Shown piece by piece: positions 14,870 to 22,300 of a stretch of 64,000 nucleotides of DNA; position 1 is the first letter of the stretch; each line of letters begins with the position of its first letter. The DNA is from a virus: positions 32,001 through 96,000 of IMG/VR virus record IMGVR_UViG_3300034024_000020; one strand, written 5' to 3'. The translations under genes and the position numbers were made by a program. The notes under the pieces were generated by a model. That model saw nothing but the letters and a program-made list of their open reading frames with translations, was not told the origin of the DNA and made no database searches.

Positions 14870-15716
14870 AGTTTGGCCGTATGGGGTCATTAGGGTAAGG
14901 GTGGCGACACCCCCAAAGCAGGGAAGCTTACATACCTGCGCTCGCAAGAGTCCATCTATACAAGCCTACATCACGCCCGAAAGGGTGTCTTCGTGAAGAG
15001 CGGAGATAGTCGTGAAGTGAGGTTGAGGAAAGAATTCTGGTCGATGTCCCGCAAGGAAGGCAGGCTGGAGAAGAACGGGGTAGTAGCCGTCTCTCAGCAC
15101 ACTAAACTCGCGAACGATGATGGTAAATGGTAGTGCCATTGTTCGATGCTTAGCGGCAAAGGGCTTCGGTGCAATTCAAACGGTTGGTGGGAGTCACACC
15201 CACGTAGATCGTGAAGAATGATTGAGTAGGTTTAGCAGACCAAAAGATAGCATAGGCGTGTTGTATTTCGTAGATTAATAGTCTGCGAAGCGACAGAGGT
15301 AGCACGTCTTGGTAAGTTAATGCAATTTGTTCAATGGTAGAACATTAGTCTATGAAACTGAGAGTGTTGGTTCGATTCCAACATTGCAAGCTATAAAAAC
15401 GCAAAGACTACCTCGGTATACAGCGAAAGTCATCTAATGCCGGACTAAAGAATTCGGCCTAGGAAAGCTCGCAAGGCAGACCTAGTTCATGGTAGATCGC
15501 TCATAAATCTCTTAGCGGAGGTTGAACGGCTCGCAAGGTCGGTGGGAAGGAAATCGTGGAGTAGTTGTATATGTCACCGCAAAAGCTAGCGGTATATCAA
15601 ATGAGCGATGATGTTCATTAGTGGCAACCCTGCCTCTGGAAACCTGATTAAGCACCTCGCAAAAGGTCCGCGTACGGTCAGAAGATTGAACAATTAATAG
15701 GTGTATTCTCAGCCTA
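14870..15716 (+). ncRNA. giant structured RNA, GOLLD-like (ends approximate)
   Basis: ~850 nt without a + strand ORF of 60 aa or more, own promoter, many GNRA/UUCG-capped hairpins, embedded tRNA, within a phage tRNA array. Confidence 0.72.
15320..15390 (+). tRNA. tRNA-like domain (anticodon AUG) embedded in the large RNA
   Basis: TGCAAT/ATTGCA, GTTC/GAAC D arm, TTAGT-CT ATG AA-ACTGA, GTTGG-TTCGATT-CCAAC; no CCA. Confidence 0.7.
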
Positions 15717-15733
15717 TGTTTTAACGAGTTTTT

Positions 15734-15767
15734 ATGTCGCCCAGGTTCGGAAGAAAGCAAGCGGCAT
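15734..15767 (+). ncRNA. mini RNA matching SRP (4.5S) helix 8
   Basis: CAGG-TTC-GGAA-GAA-AGCA on an ATGTCGC/GCGGCAT stem. Confidence 0.6.
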
Positions 15768-15770
15768 CAA

Positions 15771-15842
15771 GCCCCCATCGAAGGAGCGACGTTTGGCCTT
15801 CTAAGCCGAAATGTGTGGGTTCGAGTCCCTCTGGGGGTTCCA
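15771..15842 (+). tRNA. tRNA-Arg(UCU), compact non-canonical fold
   Basis: TTTGGC-CT TCT AA-GCCGAA, CCA. Confidence 0.82.
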
Positions 15843-15857
15843 TTTAAGGAGATGTAA

Positions 15858-16064
15858 GTGAACCTAATTTCTTGGATAGTTTTAGGCGGTTATGTCTTTA
15901 TTGCAGCATGTGTTCTGGCAGCGCTTCGAGTGGGAGCAGCTAAGGAAGGCGTGAAGCTCAATTGGGTCTATTTGTTCATTGCAGCAATTTGGCCTTTGTG
16001 GATAGTATTTTACCTTTGGGTTCTAGTATATAGCTGGGCCAATAGAGATAGAACGGTAGCGTAG
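15858..16064 (+). CDS. small 2-TM membrane protein
   Basis: AAGGAG SD; hydrophobic, IWP motif. Confidence 0.65.
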   Translation: MNLISWIVLGGYVFIAACVLAALRVGAAKEGVKLNWVYLFIAAIWPLWIVFYLWVLVYSWANRDRTVA

Positions 16065-16129
16065 CTTAAAGGCGAAGCCACCCGCTCATAACGGGCAGAG
16101 TGTGAGTTCGAGTCTCACCGCTACCACCA
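16055..16129 (+). tRNA. tRNA with CAU anticodon (elongator Met or Ile2)
   Basis: canonical cloverleaf, CCA. Confidence 0.9.
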
Positions 16130-16142
16130 TAGAAAGGCCACC

Positions 16143-16391
16143 ATGGGCGATTGGGCAGATAACGCTCTAGACAGGTTTTTAAGCGGACATTGGTCACCTT
16201 TTAATGGTGATACTAGAAAGCTTCGTCGAAGAGACCGGAAACGTCTCAAAGTAATTCAATGTCGCCATTGTGGTGCTAAACCACTGCGAATTGAAGAATT
16301 TGAGGAGAATGCTTGGCATTTAGCCGAGTACGACGAGAATAACGTTCTAACGCGGCATGTTTGTAAAATGAAGACCTTCAGAAATGTTTGA
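16143..16391 (+). CDS. hypothetical zinc-binding protein
   Basis: MGDWAD start, CxxC...HxC. Confidence 0.6.
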   Translation: MGDWADNALDRFLSGHWSPFNGDTRKLRRRDRKRLKVIQCRHCGAKPLRIEEFEENAWHLAEYDENNVLTRHVCKMKTFRNV

Positions 16392-16507
16392 CTTTCAGAT
16401 TAGAGCTGATAGGTGGCAGCCACCAGCCTGGCCCCTTTGGGGGTCACTAATCGTATTAATTGTGTTTACGGTCCTACACATATTTGGTCTCGTAGGATAA
16501 GATTAAT

Positions 16508-16595
16508 GGAGGGGTAACCTGATAGGATCAGGGCTCGCCTGCTACGCGAAGCGGAGTGAAATACCTCTGGGTTTCGATTACCCACCCTTCCTCCA
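16508..16595 (+). tRNA. tRNA-Ser(GCU), 6-bp D stem, U73
   Basis: TCGC-CT GCT AC-GCGA, variable arm, CCA. Confidence 0.82.
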
Positions 16596-16747
16596 TACTA
16601 GGAGATAGATTATGTTTAAAACGTTTTTGGCATTTATTGCTGGCTTTGTTAAAGGCCGAAAGAGCAAGGAAACAAAGGTGGATGGGACGCGAACCAGCCC
16701 GAGATATACGGGTCCCCGTATCTAATCCACGAGCATTAAGATTAATT

Positions 16748-16822
16748 GCGTAAGTAGCTCAGGGGAAGAGCTTCTCGTTGCCAACGAGACGGTCGTGGGT
16801 TCGAATCCCATCTTACGCTCCA
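16748..16822 (+). tRNA. tRNA-Gly(GCC)
   Basis: canonical, U73. Confidence 0.95.
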
Positions 16823-16828
16823 TTATTA

Positions 16829-16943
16829 GGTAGGGCACATCCCTTAAATCACCGATTTGAGTTCGGAAGCCTAAGGATGGGACAAATCTGGATTAGCGTT
16901 ATCACGGTGCACTTAGTGATTAAAACGGCAGATACCCCATCCA
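16829..16943 (+). ncRNA. multi-stem RNA ending in CCA
   Basis: CATCC/GGATG, CTTAAATC/GATTTGAG, ATCTG/CAGAT, ATCAC/GTGAT stems between two Gly tRNAs. Confidence 0.4.
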
Positions 16944-16952
16944 TCAATAATT

Positions 16953-17035
16953 GCGGCTAGTTGCACATAGGGCGTGCGTTAGGTTTCCACCCTAATTCCA
17001 TCGAGAGCGGAGTTCGATTCTCCCTAGCCGCTCCA
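16953..17035 (+). tRNA. tRNA-Gly(UCC), 8/4 fold with long variable region
   Basis: GCGGCTAG/CTAGCCGC, GGAG/CTCC T stem, TT TCC AC loop. Confidence 0.82.
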
Positions 17036-17191
17036 TTTTTGTCTCCGGTAACCATTCCGGTATGCAAGCCAATGCGGCTTCACCTCCGCATAAAATCGTA
17101 CAGTTGTCGAAGGTACAAGCCTAACCACAAAACGGTGGTCCTCATCGGGATAACGGCGCTCATAAAGGTACAACATACAGCTTCGGCTGCT

Positions 17192-17225
17192 AGCCCTCCA
17201 AGGAGACTTGGAGGGCTTTTTCTTT
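17192..17225 (+). terminator. intrinsic terminator closing the RNA-gene region
   Basis: AGCCCTCCAAG-GAGA-CTTGGAGGGCT + T run. Confidence 0.88.
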
Positions 17226-17278
17226 GCTGCGCCGATCCACCAAAAATACAGTTTCGTGTTACGTGTGGCGCTGAATAT

Positions 17279-17312
17279 AGTTCTTGACATGTGACTTAGA
17301 AAGCCGTATAAT
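17279..17312 (+). promoter_or_regulatory. phage sigma70-type promoter
   Basis: TTGACA(17284)-N17-TATAAT(17307). Confidence 0.88.
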
Positions 17313-17336
17313 GAGACTCAAGACGGGAGATTTCAC

Positions 17337-17654
17337 ATGTCAAAGCCAATTACACCAGCAGAAGTTGCAGAATATCAAGCTAAGATATTTCCCGCAGAAG
17401 TTTTTGATGCTTTTAATGAACTAATTGCAAAAGACTTTGTAAATGGTAGTTCTACGGTAAAGCAACCTGCAGTAAAAGCTCTAATCATAGAAAAGATTGC
17501 GGCTAATACCCCTGCAGGAGAAACTCCTAGGCCTTTTGAATATAAATGGCTTAATATCGAGGAAGTCTATCGCAAGGCTGGATGGAAGGTAGAATACGAT
17601 AAGCCAGGGTACAACGAAACCTATGATGCTTATTTTGTTTTTAGGAAGAAATAA
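17337..17654 (+). CDS. hypothetical phage protein
   Basis: first ORF after promoter. Confidence 0.75.
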   Translation: MSKPITPAEVAEYQAKIFPAEVFDAFNELIAKDFVNGSSTVKQPAVKALIIEKIAANTPAGETPRPFEYKWLNIEEVYRKAGWKVEYDKPGYNETYDAYFVFRKK

Positions 17655-18217
17655 TGCCCGAGAGATTTTTCGCCTCTGACCATCACTTTGGTCACGCTAA
17701 CATTCTAAACTTTACACGTGCCGACGAAGTAACGCCGGTACGTAGCTTTGCGTCTGTTGAGGAAATGGACGAGCACATGATCGAGCGTCATAATAGCGTC
17801 GTCGGTCCGAATGATCGCGTCTATTTTCTGGGCGATCTAGCAATCCCGAGACGTGGTCTTCAGCAAGTTAAGCGGCTGAATGGCAAAAAGCGCCTCATCA
17901 TGGGTAATCATGACGTCTTTAAGAACAAAGACTATTATGATTGCGGCATTGAGATACTAGGTGCGTTCAGAAAGTTTGACGACTTCGTCGTCACGCACAT
18001 TCCTGTACACTCCGATAGCATTTCTAAACGTTGGTTTAGGAACGTACACGGACACACCCACACTAACAATGTGCGGCTTCCTCGCGGAGTCGACGCTAGG
18101 ACGGGTGAAATTCTGTACAGCGATAAGGCTGATCCTCGCTATGTCTGCGTTTGCGTGGAGCAGCTAGATGACTACACTCCTATTCACATTGATGATCTAA
18201 GAAAGAGGTTTAAATGA
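17654..18217 (+). CDS. calcineurin-like metallophosphoesterase
   Basis: SDHHFGH, LGD, GNHD, THIP, HGHTH. Confidence 0.9.
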   Translation: MPERFFASDHHFGHANILNFTRADEVTPVRSFASVEEMDEHMIERHNSVVGPNDRVYFLGDLAIPRRGLQQVKRLNGKKRLIMGNHDVFKNKDYYDCGIEILGAFRKFDDFVVTHIPVHSDSISKRWFRNVHGHTHTNNVRLPRGVDARTGEILYSDKADPRYVCVCVEQLDDYTPIHIDDLRKRFK

Positions 18218-18552
18218 ATCAGCAAGAAGCAACTGCAACTATCGCCAATCTTCTAACTAGTGCTCGTACTTCTATCGAAACAGCACTAAGCATGGGACGG
18301 GAACATAATGTTCCGGTAGATCTTAATATAGTAGGTCTAGGCGGAGATGATATGTGGTACGTTTCTGAACAAGATTGGCTAGAGGGGCGACTTGAAGAGT
18401 TGAAGTATGATTATCCGGAAGAAACGGGTGAAGATTATGAAGCTGAAGTAAAGCGTATCAACGATGAACTTGCAGAAATTCGTTCTGCGGGTGGATTTGA
18501 CTCTTACGGATACAAACAAACGGGCTGGATGAGCTCCTCAACTAATTGTTAA
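18214..18552 (+). CDS. hypothetical protein with C-terminal WMSSSTNC
   Basis: ORF coupled to the phosphoesterase. Confidence 0.75.
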   Translation: MNQQEATATIANLLTSARTSIETALSMGREHNVPVDLNIVGLGGDDMWYVSEQDWLEGRLEELKYDYPEETGEDYEAEVKRINDELAEIRSAGGFDSYGYKQTGWMSSSTNC

Positions 18553-18565
18553 GAAAGGAAATACA

Positions 18566-18805
18566 ATGAACAGTGATCTACAGCGAATCAAGACTCTCGA
18601 AGCCGAACTGGCTGCAATGCGAGTTCAGGGTAAGCAGAACGCTACCTCTCGCCTTGCCGAGCTTGTGAGGGAAATTAAGGAGAAGGTTGCAGAAGCTACA
18701 GAGCTTGCTAAGACTTTCGAGCTTCCTTTCTCTATGAACATGGAAAGCTATATGCCGGAAGATGCTGATTACGATTATTGGCAGTCTTCTTCTATGTATT
18801 GCTAA
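18566..18805 (+). CDS. hypothetical protein with C-terminal WQSSSMYC
   Basis: AAGGA SD; shares tail motif with the preceding ORF. Confidence 0.75.
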   Translation: MNSDLQRIKTLEAELAAMRVQGKQNATSRLAELVREIKEKVAEATELAKTFELPFSMNMESYMPEDADYDYWQSSSMYC

Positions 18806-18817
18806 AAGGAATTAACT

Positions 18818-19738
18818 GTGCCGTATCTTGTTATTGGTAGTCATGCGCTTAATCGCATTCGTACAACTCGGGGACATGCTTGTCAGCAGCCGCGAGACAT
18901 GGACATTATTGCCGATTTCGATGCGGCACAGTCAGTTCTAAATGGGGCGGGTTGTCACATCCAGTATCCCATTAACGGTGGCAAAACTCTCTTTGGTAAG
19001 AACCCCAAGGGCGACATTTACGAGATTGAAATTGCCTGGCCGGGCTCAACTGGTGAAGAGCTTCTTAACTATTGGTTTACCAATAAAGAGACTGCATTTT
19101 ACCCTTCTCTTTATGCTTCTCTGAACGTGCTCTACGCTCTGAAAATGTCTCACCGCTATCTGCGCAATTCTCCTCATTTCCTCAAGACCATGAGGGATAT
19201 TAAGGAAATGCGCGCAATGGGCGCGACCATCCCAGATAACCTTCATTCTTGGTTCAAGCGTAGGGAAAAGGAAACGTATGACTATTCCCACCCGAATCTT
19301 AGCGTTAATTCTGGGGCTTTCTTCAGTGGCGACGGGGTACATTATGTCTATGATCATGACAGCCTCCATGAGGCTGTAGCGGTCTACGGATCGCCTGTTT
19401 ATAAGCTTTATCTTCGTGATGGAGCAGAAGTTCAGGTTGATAAAAATAAATGGCTTATGCTTAACGATATTGTTAAGCAGACTGCGGTTTATGAGGAAGC
19501 ATGTGTTCTTGCGCTAGAGCGGAGCATCATTCCTTATCCCGGTAAGTTGACTGAAGATCGAGCGTTTGAAGTTGCTTTAATCAAGGTTGCTTCTAGTATT
19601 ACTAGCGGCTGGTTCCGCCAATATGCTTGGGAGAATTTCGACGAAGTAATGAAACTTCACAAGCAGCTTCCTTCTTATGTAGATAGATTTACTAAAGCGC
19701 TTGAGAACGGTCAAGTTAAACATTTTGGAGAAAAATAA
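18818..19738 (+). CDS. phage protein with nucleotidyltransferase-like N-terminus
   Basis: VIGSHAL...RDMDII (GS...DxD); also KMSHRY, YDHDSLH, EE..VLALER, TSGWFR. Confidence 0.7.
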   Translation: MPYLVIGSHALNRIRTTRGHACQQPRDMDIIADFDAAQSVLNGAGCHIQYPINGGKTLFGKNPKGDIYEIEIAWPGSTGEELLNYWFTNKETAFYPSLYASLNVLYALKMSHRYLRNSPHFLKTMRDIKEMRAMGATIPDNLHSWFKRREKETYDYSHPNLSVNSGAFFSGDGVHYVYDHDSLHEAVAVYGSPVYKLYLRDGAEVQVDKNKWLMLNDIVKQTAVYEEACVLALERSIIPYPGKLTEDRAFEVALIKVASSITSGWFRQYAWENFDEVMKLHKQLPSYVDRFTKALENGQVKHFGEK

Positions 19739-20038
19739 ATGCACGCAGTTTGGATAGCTTATATTATTTTTGTGTTATGTATGGCATTGTGGGGTTTCTA
19801 TAAGTGTAGTTCGACATTCTATAACTTTATCCATACTCTAAAGGGCGGGAAAGTTATTCTATGTGAAGGAATTTCGTCTGCCATCAAAGGCGATGTGTGG
19901 AAATCGGCTCTACTTAGAGGTCCTATGACGGGCAAGATCACCGCCTATCGTTACTCTGCTAGTAAGATAGGTGCTCTCGATCTCAAGAGTGATGGTACTG
20001 GAGATTATTGTGGAAAGTTTGTCTGGAAGGTCATTTAA
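19739..20038 (+). CDS. hypothetical membrane-anchored protein
   Basis: N-terminal TM helix. Confidence 0.55.
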   Translation: MHAVWIAYIIFVLCMALWGFYKCSSTFYNFIHTLKGGKVILCEGISSAIKGDVWKSALLRGPMTGKITAYRYSASKIGALDLKSDGTGDYCGKFVWKVI

Positions 20039-20244
20039 TGGCAGACAAATTCACATGGTCGGATGTAGACGTAATCTTAAGAAAATGCGCGGAAGTCGTC
20101 TTAGAGGGTCACAGATGGGTTAAATCCGGCTGTAGAGATAAAGGTCTAAGCGGTCCGTCCAATTTTAAGATTGCTTGCATTCAATTGAGGGAGCGTCTCG
20201 ATAAAGTTATCGAAGGCGAACCTAGCAACATAGGAATGACATGA
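20038..20244 (+). CDS. hypothetical protein
   Basis: TAATG coupling. Confidence 0.5.
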   Translation: MADKFTWSDVDVILRKCAEVVLEGHRWVKSGCRDKGLSGPSNFKIACIQLRERLDKVIEGEPSNIGMT

Positions 20245-21086
20245 AAGTAATTAAATCTGCTATAGACGAATCTGTTAACTTCGTTCAAGAGCGTGACGGG
20301 ATTTTGGAATCCCGTTACGTTCATAGACCTGGAGCAGACTATTTCGTCTGCTATCTTAGTTCACACACCGGATGTAACAAAGCCTGTCGCTTCTGTCATT
20401 TGACAGCGACGGGTCAAACTTATATGCGCGATGCTACCATCCAAGAGCTTGTCGCTCAAATGGTACCTGTTTTTGAACATAATGCTAAAACAGACAATAT
20501 TAGTGCAGTGAACATCAATTTCATGGCTAGAGGAGAGCCTTTAGCTAATATGACTTTGTTGAAGAATTGGCACGAATTTACTCTAGTTCTTCATGGTCTT
20601 TGTAAAGCTTATGGTCTAGAGTATAATATCAATATATCAACAATTATGCCAGAGGAAATGGAAGATGTCGATCTTGCTGATGTGTTTGGGTCAGAAGTCA
20701 CGTTATATTATAGCTTATACTCCCTCAAACCGAGATTTCGACGCAGATATATTCCTAAATCAATGGATCCTTACGCTGCCCTTCTTAAACTCAGAGATTG
20801 GCAGCAACGAACAGGCGGGCGAGTAGTAATTCACTTCGCTATGATCCAGGACGGTAATGATTGCTACGGTGATCATCACAACATGCTGGATTATCTACTA
20901 AAAATCGGACTGGATACTAGACTTAATCTTGTTCGGTACAACCCACCTGATCCTAAGAAAAGTAGAGAAGCTCCTAACTGGCTATCTTTATTCGAACTCT
21001 GGAAATTCGAATTTCCAGAATCTAAAATTGTATCACGCGTAGGCGAAGACGTTTATGCAAGTTGTGGGATGTTTGTAAATGGCTAA
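20241..21086 (+). CDS. RlmN/Cfr-like radical SAM RNA methyltransferase
   Basis: CYLSSHTGCNKACRFC, FMARGEPL, NLVRYNP, GEDVYASCGM. Confidence 0.85.
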   Translation: MKVIKSAIDESVNFVQERDGILESRYVHRPGADYFVCYLSSHTGCNKACRFCHLTATGQTYMRDATIQELVAQMVPVFEHNAKTDNISAVNINFMARGEPLANMTLLKNWHEFTLVLHGLCKAYGLEYNINISTIMPEEMEDVDLADVFGSEVTLYYSLYSLKPRFRRRYIPKSMDPYAALLKLRDWQQRTGGRVVIHFAMIQDGNDCYGDHHNMLDYLLKIGLDTRLNLVRYNPPDPKKSREAPNWLSLFELWKFEFPESKIVSRVGEDVYASCGMFVNG

Positions 21087-21489
21087 AGGTGCATTAGGAC
21101 ATGAAATTCTAAACGGGCTAGAGGGAGCTATAGCTCATGCTAAAAGACTACAAACTGAAGAGGAAGACGGCAAAAAGCCTGAAGCCACTGTAGGTGGTCC
21201 TGTTATTACCTATAAAATGAATTGTCCCGTGTGGCCGGGTTTAGGTAAGCTTTCCGAAGAAATGGGAGAGCTAGGAGTAGAATTTGGAAAGTTGATTGTC
21301 AACGGTGGAAACCCAAATTATTGGGATGACAGAGACTTATTGGACGGAATCCATAATGAAACCGCCGATGTTCTAGCTGCTGTAGCTTTTTTCATTGAAC
21401 AGAATCAGCTACTAGATGAAAATCGCATTACGGAACGAGCACAGAGAAAGCTAGAAAAATTCCGACACTGGCGAGACACCAAACAGTAA
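21079..21489 (+). CDS. MazG-like NTP pyrophosphohydrolase
   Basis: KLSEEMGEL...ETADVL. Confidence 0.7.
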   Translation: MAKGALGHEILNGLEGAIAHAKRLQTEEEDGKKPEATVGGPVITYKMNCPVWPGLGKLSEEMGELGVEFGKLIVNGGNPNYWDDRDLLDGIHNETADVLAAVAFFIEQNQLLDENRITERAQRKLEKFRHWRDTKQ

Positions 21490-21516
21490 AGCTATTTTCA
21501 CCGATAACGGAAAAAT

Positions 21517-21550
21517 AGTTCTTGACATGTGCCCCCATTATGTGTATAAT
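21517..21550 (+). promoter_or_regulatory. phage sigma70-type promoter
   Basis: TTGACA(21522)-N17-TATAAT(21545). Confidence 0.88.
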
Positions 21551-21580
21551 GGGTGTTCAATCAGCAAGGAGAATATAAAA

Positions 21581-21952
21581 TTGGCTTGGGACGATAACAA
21601 GAAGGCTTTGGCAGTAAAACTCTATCAGGAGAAAGAGCCTACGCCGGAGAACTCAATAGAAATCGTTAAAGAGATTGCCGACGAGATCGGTGAATCTGTT
21701 AACGGTGTTCGAATGATTCTCACGAAAGCAAATGTTTACATTAAGAAGGCGGATGCACCTAAGGCTGCTTCCGGCGCAAAGAGTAGTGGCTCGGGTGGAA
21801 CTCGAGTTAGTAAGGACGCTGCACATCAACAGCTAACCGCAGCAATCGAGGCTCACGGCCAGACTGCTGATAGCGAAATCATCTCTAAGATGACAGGTAA
21901 GGCAGCGTTGCACTTTGCAGCGATTCTTACTGCAATTCCCACAGCGGAATAA
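21581..21952 (+). CDS. T5 D3-like DNA-binding protein
   Basis: AAGGAG SD then TTG 21581; VRMILTKANVY, RVSK, KMTGKAA; T5 synteny. Confidence 0.7.
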   Translation: MAWDDNKKALAVKLYQEKEPTPENSIEIVKEIADEIGESVNGVRMILTKANVYIKKADAPKAASGAKSSGSGGTRVSKDAAHQQLTAAIEAHGQTADSEIISKMTGKAALHFAAILTAIPTAE

Positions 21953-21957
21953 AAATA

Positions 21958-21995
21958 AGGCGGCCCGACTAGTTTCGGGTCGCCTATTCCTGTTT
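21958..21995 (+). terminator. hairpin, probable terminator
   Basis: AGGCGGCCCGA/TCGGGTCGCCT. Confidence 0.6.
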
Positions 21996-22024
21996 AAGGT
22001 AAGCCAACCTGCTCAGGAGTAAAA

Positions 22025-22300
22025 GTGACTAAAGATGAGTTTATTAGTCGAGTAAGAGAGTTCGGTGATGCAATTATCACCTATAGAAGCCCGGAGTCTA
22101 AGAAGCTGAAGTACAATGTTTGTACTTTAGATTTTAACACTCCATATATCAAAAGCAAGCAGAATAGAGCTAAAGAGAGTGACGAAACTACTCTTCTTTT
22201 CTGCTGGGACGTAGATTCCTTTAGACTTCTGAGACATAGCAATGTAACTCGTGTTGAGCCACTTGCTAGTGCCTTGAAGGAAGGGTCTAATGTCAGATGA
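22025..22300 (+). CDS. T5-like conserved hypothetical protein
   Basis: synteny between D3-like and PC4-like genes. Confidence 0.7.
   Translation: MTKDEFISRVREFGDAIITYRSPESKKLKYNVCTLDFNTPYIKSKQNRAKESDETTLLFCWDVDSFRLLRHSNVTRVEPLASALKEGSNVR

Noticed and set aside
14870-15716. RNase P RNA, group I/II intron or rRNA
   Set aside because: GAGGAAAG is present but not followed by the P4 pattern; no flanking exons, no domain V and no rRNA signature seen
17047-17087. 16S rRNA 3'-end fragment (GGTAACC...TGCGGCT.TCACCTCC)
   Set aside because: Match is short and gapped and could be chance; kept only as an anti-SD loop observation
4226-17290. Track ORFs crossing tRNA/ncRNA genes or antisense to them (e.g. 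5541, 5662, 5960, 8714, 9395, 12899, 15512, 16556, 16961)
   Set aside because: They overlap clear RNA genes, lack SD sites and look like translated stems
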